In this document: piece by piece, positions 54,401 through 64,000 of the stretch
Position numbering within the stretch: position 1 is the first letter of the stretch
How the letters are laid out: each line of letters opens with the position of its first letter
NCBI GenBank assembly: GCA_963777605.1
Contig: CAVZRV010000030.1
Span: 393,683-457,682, forward strand
Origin: an uncultured Acidobacteriota bacterium
GTDB lineage: Bacteria > Acidobacteriota > UBA6911 > RPQK01 > JAPXNP01
Reading direction: 5' to 3'
DNA: 64,000 bases
The notes under the pieces: generated by a model
What the model saw: the letters and a program-made list of their open reading frames with translations, nothing else
Database searches by the model: none
Told to the model about the DNA's origin: nothing
Position numbers and translations under genes: made by a program

Positions 54401-55978
54401 GATTTCAGGGGCGATGTAGGGCGACCGCTTCAGTCTTGTCGCATCAGGGATTACAGTGACGCGATCCTCTTCAAGTTGGAACGACAAGTCAAAATTCATC
54501 AGTTTTGGCGTGTCGTTCACCATCAGAACATTTTCCGGAGACAGAGCCCGATGTACCACGTATTGGCCGTGAGCAGCCTCCAGTCCCCGGGCTAAACCAG
54601 TAGCGATTGCAACAGCTTTCTTCGGAGCCATTCTTTTCTTTGCTTGACGCAACGACTGGAGCAAGTCTCGCAGTGTCCCCGTTTCGGACCAGTCACTCCC
54701 TTCCACCAGATAGTTGTTTTCGTTGGGAATATCCCAGACCTTGAGGATGTTTGGGTGGTCCCCGATCTTCTCCACCGCATTCAGGGTTGCGGTCGCCCTC
54801 TCCCTTGCTTCGTGGTCGCCCAGAGTAAGGAAGAAAATGCGCAGCCGGCTCAACCTGCGGTGTCGGACGTCTGTTCGTCGTGCGACTACCTCGGCACGAT
54901 CATCATATTGGTAGAGGCGTTCGACAATTTCATATCCCGGAAATATGAAGTCTTTCGGACGACCCGGGCTACGCAGTTTCTGAACGTAAGAAGCAAACGC
55001 CTTGCATTGGTTCTCTGAGAGTTCTAACGTCTTCAGCTTTCGCTGATTCTTAAGATACTGGAGGAAACGGTCGATGCTCTCAAATGTCGGATTTTGGCTT
55101 TCCGTCTTCGGTATAGCCCCGCCACTTACCTGGACTTCAGGGTTGGTAAATACCACAACCGATTCAAAATAGACCGAAGGAAAACTTGGAAATTTCCGCT
55201 CGTAAAGTCCCCTTAATAGTTTGGCTTTGAAGTTATTACCTCGGTGTGGGTCAACTTTGAAGAACGAGCTATTCTGTACCCAGGAGTTAGGACGTACTTC
55301 GATGTTCCCGCTCCAGTGTTTCAACTCGATTACATACACACCAAAGCGGGCAACCAGTACGAGGTCGGCTTCGAAATAGCGGTTCGACTGATGGTCGTAC
55401 AGATCGAGATTGCTGAGAATCTCACCGAGCTTATGGGCTTCGACATACCGACCTATCGAGCCTATTGCCGTCTTTTCGTGAACAAACAGCGAGTAGGGCG
55501 CTAGATCCTCACTAACGCCATCGCTCTCGGCTCGGTCACCTGCACCTTCTGCCAAGAGTTCCTCCAATCTTTCCTTGATCATCTGGTTCATTACGGAGTC
55601 ACGCATGAATTCTAGAACTGCCTCATCGAGCTCGGCATATGCAACAAGGCGCTTCAAGTCCCCAGGCGAACCAACAGTCCCTGCCGCTTGCAAGGCCTTT
55701 TCCTGATTGGGACTTGGGACAAGACGCCAGAAGCCGTGACGGGAGAGATGAAAGAACGGCGCCCACGGCCTGTCTCTGTCCCTTTCTCCAGCATGTTGCC
55801 GAAAAAGCCGAGAAAAGGTCTGCTGGAACGCCACGTCGTAATAAACATGCTGGTCCTGGATACTCCTCTCCCGCACCATCTTAAGAACGGAGAGAAGCAG
55901 GATGTGCTTGTGTGGCTTGAAGCCTCTCCCAGCCGGGCTCAGCTCACATAACCCTTCGAGAAACTCCTCAAACGTCAT
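51443..55978 (-). CDS. SBD-like + NERD nuclease + pseudokinase + Ser/Thr kinase + DptF/SspF-like P-loop fusion protein
   Basis: KPHKHILLL...PFFHL...FWRL; EADLVL...VIELKHW.G; HRALSPEN/NFD; VALK, HNDIKPEN/DFG; VLTGHAGDGKS. Confidence 0.85.
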   Translation of the reverse strand: MTFEEFLEGLCELSPAGRGFKPHKHILLLSVLKMVRERSIQDQHVYYDVAFQQTFSRLFRQHAGERDRDRPWAPFFHLSRHGFWRLVPSPNQEKALQAAGTVGSPGDLKRLVAYAELDEAVLEFMRDSVMNQMIKERLEELLAEGAGDRAESDGVSEDLAPYSLFVHEKTAIGSIGRYVEAHKLGEILSNLDLYDHQSNRYFEADLVLVARFGVYVIELKHWSGNIEVRPNSWVQNSSFFKVDPHRGNNFKAKLLRGLYERKFPSFPSVYFESVVVFTNPEVQVSGGAIPKTESQNPTFESIDRFLQYLKNQRKLKTLELSENQCKAFASYVQKLRSPGRPKDFIFPGYEIVERLYQYDDRAEVVARRTDVRHRRLSRLRIFFLTLGDHEARERATATLNAVEKIGDHPNILKVWDIPNENNYLVEGSDWSETGTLRDLLQSLRQAKKRMAPKKAVAIATGLARGLEAAHGQYVVHRALSPENVLMVNDTPKLMNFDLSFQLEEDRVTVIPDATRLKRSPYIAPEIYVTGTVPEATADLFSLGVILYEMLVGQPPFGCSTDLERSAGYLSDDQIVRLRKRGKIPGRVIDLISSLIYLNPSDRLGSAASVLEMLEAYGEAPPKTPTEPNRVLHEGEQSGLYSVEEFVGLGAEAQIYRAAGPKGRTVALKLFNLDVPLQRVLEEQRYAATARHPSLVRVDNYNQWSDGRYYIAFDWVSERSLRSEIDGGVRPNLESFVRGAEQLLDAVESLHLSFDDDVPGPILHNDIKPENILLDQAGRFVLIDFGAASHPQVGTYEGTEGYVAPDLRLGKDRKYSVDGELFALSVSLHEWLLGARPGTPKQEEQGVSGRLVSWLLKGCSADAASRYGSTGEMRDALKGALTEPESVILPEPVTKVHVVSSIEKVKANEEGSLTSDLPGKVEPNPFVSYLNTIHSRSAANENALAEFQARNSNFGHIHVSHPLSKIIEGILTGEKRKHVVLTGHAGDGKSTIAIEIYKRLSGLEPDRPLPRFLDPRENLERISLVKDLSEWTSLESSKLLAEMLESDGPRFLLVSNTGTLLEAFKAHETRKGGDWVRIESELLGRISSQDPAEMEFHETSFVVINVAMMDNLEIAQQIFERMIAKERWIACNSASCREKCPIFRNVSLIQANLPVVRERLFFAYRRMYEYGTRLTLRQLSGHMAYMITAGLDFPDIVRMSERAKPPLLSEFMFFNRFFGDNGKTLDLPAMQLEGARAVREQGFGSQLCANWERRFWMKSRGQTFQLRASESPDDFETLREYGAGLRSDHTISGNESRDQVRRAVFFLHDFGGEDGAGFLRSFLRSSTLLDFVRWQSQDSEILSLQERSLLHKRILHVLQEHFTGVRLPEGVSTDRHLFVTLCRRSHDVRQSAQVVLGRYPEDEFQVRLRKRTTQSGEIRRELVLEGPSSRGHLDLPLSLPFLDYVMFRNRGEIGQALQASYVDRLEKFKGQLIRHASARRTDDIMLVRLRTNHTFRRQIFAVRNGRLEVTDA

Positions 55979-57167
55979 TTCCCACCCCCCGCAATCTTAG
56001 AGGGTGTCTTACCAGACAATTCCTCTCGCACAGAGTAAACGCACTCTGAAATACGCTTTACGGCCGTTTCAACTTCATCCCGTGTCGAGTACCTGCCAAG
56101 CGAAATACGGACCGCACATCGAGCAAGATCACGAGAGTATCCACAAGCCAACAAGACATGAGATGGGGATACAGTCCCGGAAGTACAAGCTGATCCACTG
56201 CTCATACAAAGATCCGGAGATCGGGCTAGAAGGACATCTGCTGGGACCCCGGGGAATATGACGCATGATGTCCCGGGCAGCCGCGGAGACCGGTCGCCGG
56301 CCACCAACACATTTGGTACCTTGTAACGCAATTCCTCTTCGAACCGGTCGCGAAGTGCGCTTACCCTATCTGCATCTTCCTTAATCAGCCTCTGCGCAAG
56401 CCTGCAAGCTTGCCCGAAACCCACGATCCCCGGAACGTTCAATGTGCCAGAACGCAACCCGAATTCCTGCCCCCCCCTTTAAGAATCGGTTCTAAGAGTT
56501 GTCGAGTTCTCCTTCCGCTGATGTAGCAAGCACCGACACCCTTCGGCCCATATACCTTATGCGCACTGACAGAAGCAAAATCCACTCTCAGTTCCTCGAG
56601 CGCCATTGGCACTTTGCCCAGTAGTTGACTTGCATCACAATGCACAAGTGCGCCCCGATTCTTGGCAATTTCAACAACACTCTCGAGAGGCTGAATCACT
56701 CCCGACTCATTATTAGCGCCCTGTAAAGACACTATCAGAGTGTCATTGGTTATAAGTCTCCTTGCCTCCTCCAAATCAACAATCCCAGATTCTTCGAGTG
56801 GCAGGTGACAAACATCAACCCCTTTCTCCAAGAGTAATTCGGACGGCTCCAGAACAGACTTGTGCTCACCTGCTCCAACGGCGACTCGAGATCTCGGACT
56901 GGACTTCCCTGCAATCAAACCCAGAAGAACTGAACAATTTGATTCCGTAGCCCCGCTCGTAAATATGAGATTCTCTGGAGACACTCCCAAAACTTCTCCA
57001 ATATCAACTCGGGCTCTTTCGACGGCCTGTGCTGCGGAGCAACCTAGAATATGAGGGCTCGAGGGATTGGCAAAATTGCCACCGAAAAACGGAAGCATGG
57101 CGTCGACAACTTCTGACGCACATGGCGTAGTTGCATTGTAATCGAGGTAGATCGGAGTACGACTCAT
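55975..57167 (-). CDS. Cysteine desulfurase (IscS/DndA/SspA-like), split at a C-homopolymer near 56470
   Basis: IYLDYNATT, NPSS.H, FTSGATES, NNE.G.IQP, HCDA.Q, SAHK.YGPKG.G, RSGT.NVP and SSGSAC motifs. Confidence 0.93.
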
Positions 57168-58021
57168 AAATGGCAGATCAAGCATCCCGACGTAGCATCC
57201 GAGTTCTCTTCACTGAAAACCTCACTCAACAAAAGCTCCGGCTTCCGACCTTCGATCCGTTTCCTTTTCTCTTCGAAATCTCGCTTTATCTGTGCGACAC
57301 GTTCCGGTCTAGACAATTCCGCCAGGCTTTCTCCTTGAATCCAAGTGTATCGCTCTCCGGTCAGCGGGTCTTCTCGCTCGTACTTCATTGCCTCCTGAAA
57401 AAGATCTGGGTGTGTTTCAAGAAGTCCCACCCATTCGCGACGCTGCTGGAAGAAGCAGAAGAAGCACCCAGATCGCGATCGCCAATTGTAGTATCTTGGC
57501 AGACCCAGTGGATTTCCACCGACATAGGTATTATTCAAGATATCAATGACATCTTGACGCCTGATTCCATCTTCCACAAAGGGGTGCTTGGCGACTATAT
57601 TGGGTTTGGTCGAAATATACTTTTTACGATGAAACTCGTCCGCTCGTATGCCGACATAGCTAATAACACTTTCATCTCCAATGTATTGTTCATAGGGTTT
57701 TATCTTCAAATATTCCGTGCACCACCGGATTTGAGGAGAGGGAAGAAATCCGCGGCGAATCTTTAGTAAGTCGTCGAACCCGAATCCTTCACTCCGAAGT
57801 CTGACTATCTTCTTATCGAGATAGACTTCAAGTCGATCCAGGTAATCGTAGGTTTCAGACAACTCTTTGTCCGTGTCACAAAAGACATATTCCATCTCAG
57901 GAACACGGCCCCTCATATAAATAGCGAGAGCGGCACTATCCTTGCCACCAGACAAAGCTAAAATATGGCGGGTCTCCCCTTTTGACTTGTTCACTCTTGG
58001 TCTGTCCTTCCCTGGCTGCAA
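57164..58021 (-). CDS. PAPS reductase-family protein (SspD/DndC-like)
   Basis: PP-loop SGGKDS, RWCT..LK..P, GIRADE, RSGC..C and C-terminal CLIC. Confidence 0.9.
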   Translation of the reverse strand: MQPGKDRPRVNKSKGETRHILALSGGKDSAALAIYMRGRVPEMEYVFCDTDKELSETYDYLDRLEVYLDKKIVRLRSEGFGFDDLLKIRRGFLPSPQIRWCTEYLKIKPYEQYIGDESVISYVGIRADEFHRKKYISTKPNIVAKHPFVEDGIRRQDVIDILNNTYVGGNPLGLPRYYNWRSRSGCFFCFFQQRREWVGLLETHPDLFQEAMKYEREDPLTGERYTWIQGESLAELSRPERVAQIKRDFEEKRKRIEGRKPELLLSEVFSEENSDATSGCLICHL

Positions 58022-58030
58022 GATCTTTCC

Positions 58031-61000
58031 CTAGTCGGTTAGCACGGAGTTCAAGGCAGCTTCAACAACCTGATTTGATTCCCCCACAGTATTCTCCGCC
58101 AAGTACTTCCTAAGCTTGTCGGCAATACGTTCAGCCCGACGTTGTTCTTCTGTGTCAAGGTTGGCGAACGCATTGACCTTCCCCGCAAGCCGTCTCACAG
58201 CGAGAAATCTACCGCCGAGAGCCTGGGCCGTAGCTGCGAAACGTTCGGCGTCGTCATCGGACCAATTGGTTGGTGGACGGCTCGCTATGAGGGCGCAAAC
58301 CGATTCCACTGATGTCTTTCCTGGCTGAGTCTGAAGTACACGTCGCACTACTGCCAGTAATTCAGGCTCCGTGACAGACCCTTCCATAAGATGAGCCTTT
58401 CCACGAAATCGCTCCCAACCAAGTTCGCCGGGGGGAAACCGAAAAGCCGCCAAGAGATAGTCTCGAGCTCTGTTCAATGCAGACGCATAGAAGCCGGCCC
58501 ATTCTTGAAGACTATGGTTGAGATCTGCAAAGAACCGGTCGATTTCGTCCAGATCAGCTTTCCCCTCTGAAAAGGGGGAAAGGCCAAGCGCTGCGGGGAC
58601 TTGAGCAAAAAGGAAGCTCTCAGGTGAGCGGGCATTTTGGAAAGCGCCGCGGAGAGCCAAAGTCTCGGCGGAGAGCCGCCGTGTGTTCCATGCGAAATCA
58701 GGAAGGGACTTCACCCGCCGGAACAGAGACCGGACGATTGGAACTGTTGCAGCTTCAACCTGTAGCCCTCTTGCCAGGCGAGCCACGATGGCCGCCCGAC
58801 TCCCTTCCACGCGACTTCCGGCAATTGCAAAGAGCTCCGGGCGCCTGAGAAGGACCTCAAAGTCGGCAATCCCCGGCTCCGGGATAAAAGTCCCTTCGCG
58901 GTATAGCGTCGTCTCGTTTGTGTGCACTCGCATAAAGGCGCAGAGCAGGACCGGTTGAACGCCGTCCGGGAGGCCATATGGCGGCGCTGCCAATGTCGCG
59001 AAGAGTTCGCCAATTGAGACAGGCTCAGGTCCTTGACCAAAGATCGTCTCCTCCAGAAAATCCCAGGATGGTCCTAGCCTATGGCTTCCGCCCAACTTCG
59101 GAGAGGTGAACTCCCAGATCGGCGGTGCTGTGGGACTCTCCCGGTGTATCCCCGTGTCACGGAGGACGGATTCGTACATGCTGCGCTCCGGTGGGTACCC
59201 TTCGATTCCGAGATTGGGCTGGTCCGCACGGGTCAGCATGGCCTCGATCAGGTTCCTTCTCGCTCCAGCGGCCGCCGAGGAGAGCGATCGCCGCATGATC
59301 AGTTCGTTGCGAATTCTGGGAGCCGCGGTGAAGATGCCGTCGCAGCAGTCGGAGAGCAGTTGGGAGACGTCCATAGGGGTTCTAACCCAGCACCTCTTTC
59401 CCTTGTGGAACCAAAGGCATTCACTGCCGTCCGGTTCCAGCCGGGGATCGAACAAGACCTTTCAGGCTTCTCCGGAGGAGCTGTTCGGCCTCTGTGATCC
59501 GTAGCGAGATCTCTCGGCGCGCGACGCGGTCGTCGCGCAGCTCCGGGGTGTTCTTCCATACCCAGCGCAGTGCACCCAGCTCCGTTACAGCACCCCGCAA
59601 GCCGCCGATCTCCTGGGGGATCGCGAAGAGGATTCTCGATTCCTTGCGGGCCTGCTTCGCACGCGCCTCGAATTCCCCTGCCAGGCTGGGAGACTCGGCC
59701 AAACAAACCAGGACGCTTCCTTCCGCTGCAGTTCGCGCTTCGATCGCAGATTCCAACCCGTCAAGCGCATCGACATACACGACTTCCAAGGCCCGAAGAG
59801 CACCGGTTTCAAAGCTGTGCCGGCGGGCAACCATGGGTCGGTTCGGCAGGTACTCGCGGACACTATCGCCGAGGCCGAGCAACGCTTGCGTCTTTCTCTG
59901 GCCCTCCGCAATGCGCTCCTCGATGTCGACGTCGCTTCCTTCCCAAATCTGGTAGCTGCGGTTGTACTTCCTGAAGGTCAAGATGGACTCGGCCCTCAGA
60001 TCAGAGAACACCGATTCAAGAACCTTCTCGGGAGTTGCGCTATTGCGGAGGTCGGCCGAAATCATTGCGGGTGACGCCGTGAGATGTGAAAACTGCCCCA
60101 AGGCGTTCAGGATCCCAACCGACTTCACAACCTTCCGGTGAAACTCCCCAAGCCGATCCTTTCGCTCCAGCGCGTCGGCCGCCTCCAGCCAGCGCAGGGC
60201 CTGAGGTTGGCGATATAGGCCCAAGCCAAAGTTCTTGGTGAAGTAATCGAATAAGTCAGGAAGGCGCACAAATTCCGGGGCCTCCGTCACCAGAGGTCGG
60301 GTCCGGATGAACTCTTGGAACCCGAATGGCTCGAGGCTCGTCAGTCCCGAAAAGAGAGACCGCTCGTTCTGGGCAAAACGCCGGAACAAGTAGGGCAAAG
60401 CTACCAGCGCCAAGGGGTGGAGTGGATAGGAAGCCCATGCTGATTTGCGGAACTCCTGCTCGGACATCCCCGGCGGGACAGCACCAACATCAACCGCCGT
60501 CGAAATGGCCCGATCGATCCGCTCAGCAAGACGTGCATCAACACCCTCCCGGTTCCAGCCAATCGCCTGCGCAACGAGCCGAATCATCTCCTCGGAGGAC
60601 TGAATGAATGCTACGTCTCCAAAACGGCCTTGGATCTTCGCCCATTCTCGGCGCGTCGCCATGTCCAAGTGATGACCATACTCTTCAAATGACTGGTGAA
60701 GGATGCCAAGGAAGATGGCCGGGAAATCCCCGCTGCGGGAATACGTGTTCAGCCACTTCCTGGAGCACATAAACGTCACCCTTCTGAGGCTGCCGCGCAG
60801 CGTACTCAAAGAGCTTTCCGAGTTCATCGACGACCAGGAGGAGTCCTTGATACCCGGCACGGCGGGCCGACTCGGAGGTAGCCTCCAAGGCCGAGACGAC
60901 GCTGCGCGAATCCATCGGCTCGCCCTTTACCGCCCGCTTGAACGCGTTGTCTATTTGCTGTTGAACTGAGCCGAATCCGCCGTTCCGATCATATTTCAGT

Positions 61001-61427
61001 GCCGAGAGAAGCCCTTCGACGATGCAGTCCGGGGCCGGGGCGCGCCGCGCCGTCAACAGCACCGGAAGAAAGCCTCTCCACCGTTTTCGCACGGCTGGAA
61101 ATGGCGAGACAGCTGAGAGTCAATCGACGCCAGATGTTGGCGAGCCCTTCGCCCCATCTCATCTCTTGAGCACAGGAGCCGAGACAAGAAAACCGCAAAA
61201 GCCGATTTGCCGCCGCCATAAGGGCCTGTGATCGTCCAGGCGCGGGAGGTGGACTTCGATTCGAGGCTTTCAGACACTCGAGTCAGGGCCTGCAAGACCG
61301 TGTCGGTCAGTATGTAGTCGCCGTTTTGAGTGGAGCCACTGAAGTCCTTTTCGACGTTAACGGATCGGCTGAAAGACTTGGCTACCTCCAGATGTTCGCT
61401 GATCATGCTCGCCGGTGCGCTCGTCAC
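58031..61427 (-). CDS. SspC-like large ATPase (several frameshifts)
   Basis: F.RSVN.E.D, Walker A GPYGGGKS, Walker B VVDELGK..E, HQSF..Y, EW.KI.GRF, YPLHP, QNERSLF and PPYG motifs. Confidence 0.85.
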
Positions 61428-62347
61428 GATGCACTCCTCTGGTAGTAGTCGTTCAGGATGTCCATCCCGTCAAATCGGCGCTTTCGATAAATCTGCTTGA
61501 GGCCCGCCGTTTCGTCGAGCATCATCGCCTGCCCAGTCAGTTGCTCCAAGTCTTCCACGTACTCGATCAAGCTGTTCTCATCCAACTTGAAGGCTTGCCC
61601 GGGACTCCCCTCACCGTAAAGGCACTTCTGGATTCCCACCGTCTCGGTTCTTGAGGACTCCCGATCAAAGAACTGCCCCAAGGCAAAGGCAAATACCGGG
61701 GCCGGCAACGATGATTTCGGCCCGATCGCAAAACGGTAGAGTTCACCGTCGGGAGAAGGCTGTATGAGGTCCAGTTCCAGCAACGGGCAATCAAAAGACT
61801 CCTCGGGGCTTGCCGTTTTCTTCCCTTTCTCTCCCCCCGCGTAGGATCGGATCAGGCAATCTACGTCCCTCCCGAGAACGTTCTCACTGACCTTGATCGA
61901 TTCCTTTTTCGCAAAGGATGAAATGAAATTGGTCAACTCCCGCCTCGTGAAATCGGGGCGGTCGAAACGAGAAAACAAGAGGTTCCAGGACGTGCCGAGT
62001 GTTAGGTTCGATACGAGCAACCAATGAATCAGCCAGAGTGAGGCATCGTCCTCGAGAAACGGGTCACAACCACCCTCAAGAAGGAGGCGCCTGCCGATCT
62101 CGGTCACGCGAAGATAGCGTCCGGTGTTGCGCGGAACATCAGGGTCAGGTTCCACCAACTGTGTCACCAGACACCAGTGCCGAATGCTCGACACCATGTT
62201 CTTGCCGACACCCAGCCGGACAAGGGCGTCGTCCTCCGAAAATAGCGTTGAGCACTCGCTGACCCCTCGAACACCCTTCTCAAGCCACCCATACCGAAAA
62301 GAGAAAGTCTGATGTCCCGAGAATTTGTACTTTTGAGTTATGCCCAT
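61424..62347 (-). CDS. DUF4007 family protein (SspB-like)
   Basis: FSGHQTF.FRYGWL.KG, LGVGKNMV.SIRHW, DPFLED.ASLWL.HW and SPG..FKL motifs. Confidence 0.9.
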   Translation of the reverse strand: MGITQKYKFSGHQTFSFRYGWLEKGVRGVSECSTLFSEDDALVRLGVGKNMVSSIRHWCLVTQLVEPDPDVPRNTGRYLRVTEIGRRLLLEGGCDPFLEDDASLWLIHWLLVSNLTLGTSWNLLFSRFDRPDFTRRELTNFISSFAKKESIKVSENVLGRDVDCLIRSYAGGEKGKKTASPEESFDCPLLELDLIQPSPDGELYRFAIGPKSSLPAPVFAFALGQFFDRESSRTETVGIQKCLYGEGSPGQAFKLDENSLIEYVEDLEQLTGQAMMLDETAGLKQIYRKRRFDGMDILNDYYQRSAS

Positions 62348-62351
62348 CCCC

Positions 62352-62564
62352 CTACAATCCTAGTTCATCGTGATTTGGACGCAAGTCGTTAGCATTTGAA
62401 GTCTGCACCCAAAGATCCACTTGAGAGATTCTGAACTTCCACAAGCGGCCCACCTTGTGCGCCGGCATTTCCCTTTGCCGGATCCAACGGTGAATCGTAT
62501 CCGTGCTAACTCCAACATGCTGAGCAATTTCTCCAAGCGAAACCCATGGTTCCTGCAATTGCAT
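62352..62564 (-). CDS. Excisionase-like HTH_17 DNA-binding protein leading the operon
   Basis: W.S..EIA.H.GVS.DTI.RWI....MPAHKVGRLWKF....VD.WV pattern. Confidence 0.85.
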   Translation of the reverse strand: MQLQEPWVSLGEIAQHVGVSTDTIHRWIRQREMPAHKVGRLWKFRISQVDLWVQTSNANDLRPNHDELGL

Positions 62565-63444
62565 CTTACCCCCAGGAGATGCTGCACATTTCTGCGCACT
62601 GTTGCGGATTTAAGCCGACAAAATTGTAGAGCTCCGGTGTGACAGGACGGCGCCCACCCAGGCAACTTGAGCAAAAAGTCGAAGCACCGCTGACAACCGA
62701 CAGTGCCGCCTGATTAAGAAAGCGCCGAAGCGGCGGGCAGAGCTTCCTCCGAGATAAGTCACTCCGTTCTCGAGGCTGATGCAGAAGCGTTCTGGTCGGT
62801 GCTCAGGAGCAGCCGGGATGGCTGACGCATTCCTAGCCTATAAATGCTTGAAAATGGAACTCTTGAAGGTTAGACTAGCTCCATGGACACGCGCTTGATT
62901 CGGTTTAAGGGCGGGTCAAACAGCCGCCGCAGCTATTTCGTAAATGAGTTCCTCGTTCGCTGTCTCGGGAAGAGCCGTAGGGAGCTTGAAATGGCGGTTA
63001 GGGAATGGACAGGCGAAATCGATTCGCCGAAGCACGGGCCGCTCACACTGGAAAGTCTCCTCAACATGTCGGGGCAAACCTCGATGATCTCTTGTCCTGG
63101 GCAACGGACGATTTCACTTTCTTTTCCTGGGATGACAGGGGGAGACTGACGTTGAAGCCCGAAAATCTCGAGCTCTGCATCCTTCTTGATCGGCTCCTAC
63201 AGCAGGGCGCTGAAAATGGGGAAGAACGACGGCTCGGAAGCGGGGACGATCCTGTGGGCGTGGAAGAAACGATCGGGCTTAGAGGGCATGCGGGAGCTTG
63301 CCGAGAAATACCCTTGATTCCGGCGGTTGGTGAAGGCGCGGAGGTCGTGCAACACTCCAGCAGGCTCATGCATTTGAATCGATTTTAGCTAGAACGGAAT
63401 TGGGTAGCTCTTGGTCTTGCTGGCTTGTCCGGGGACGCTGCCGG

Positions 63445-64000
63445 ATGGACGCGATCACAGTTGAGAACGCCTCTACGTCGAGCTTGGTCGGAGTGGCGAA
63501 TCGGAACGCTCCAGCGTTGAAAGAACACGTTGCGGATTGGATGGCCTGCGCAGACGATTCGAGACGTCGATTCCAGCAACTGCGATGAGATCAGGAAAAC
63601 AGATCGAGAGTGAAATTCCAAATAGATATTCCAGTACACGCGAATTAGACGCTTTGCGGATGATTGTCAGCAGCACGCCCAGCGATGTCTGGATCACCTT
63701 TCACGGTTCCAGGCTGTGGTGGTGTCGGCTCGCTGAATCGATGATCGAGCAGGATGAGGTCTCGAGTATTCGCGTTCTGAAGGGGAACCTCAATCATACG
63801 GATATAAAGGGGCAATCTTCTGCTCATCGAGCAACTTCCGGTCGACTCGCAAGGGTAGGGGTTCCGTGGAACGGCCTGTGGAGTCCGGGAAGTCGAGGAA
63901 CTTCGCCGTCTCCTCGACCGTCAACCGAGCGAGGTTCTCAAAGCGATTCAGAGCTCCGTGAAGATCTCGCCCAAAAGGTCGTTGAAGGGATCCGGCAGCT
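63445..64000 (+). pseudogene. Degenerate N-terminus of a putative restriction endonuclease-like protein, running off the window
   Basis: Fragments across frames: Y.ELG..G, VWITFHGSRLWW, L.GRL and GFRGT.C.V. Confidence 0.4.

Noticed and set aside
37261-62564. Classification as BREX (type 2 or 4) or canonical Dnd
   Set aside because: No PglZ, PglX or BrxL, and no DndB, DndD or DndE, are recognisable. DUF4007-ATPase-PAPS reductase-desulfurase fits Ssp better.
62883-63388. Short ORFs upstream of the operon
   Set aside because: No recognisable motifs and conflicting overlapping frames; possibly a decayed gene, but not supportable.

Overview
A 64-kb accessory region from a GC-rich bacterium. The membrane and secreted protein types suggest Acidobacteriota, but this is inference. 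Many genes are split by single-base indels, several in homopolymers, so most 'pseudogenes' here may be long-read errors. The left half (1-28.5 kb) is a mosaic. It holds an RHS toxin with a lytic-transglycosylase tip and a candidate immunity gene, IS66, IS6, IS21 and IS200 elements or remnants, truncated PurA/PurZ-like and type II restriction endonuclease (REase) genes, a tRNA-Ala-derived att-like site, and several secreted proteins. It also carries a duplicated XRE regulator module. A bipartite operator (TTCGG-N5-CCGAA-N18-TTCGG-N5-CCGAA) occurs three times and links the XRE genes, secreted proteins, a multi-TM membrane protein and an unannotated 55-aa Cys/Pro-rich secreted peptide, a candidate peptide-signalling circuit. 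The right half (29-64 kb) is a defence island with a tyrosine integrase, a TM0106 nuclease-helicase and an NDT-like cassette. Its main feature is a ~25-kb co-directional DNA phosphorothioation (PT) locus: an SspBCDA-like modification module, an SBD(PT-reader)-NERD-pseudokinase-kinase-DptF-like fusion, DptG-like and DptH-like genes, a second DUF4007/ATPase pair and a PT-associated methyltransferase. All family names come from motif recognition, not database searches.
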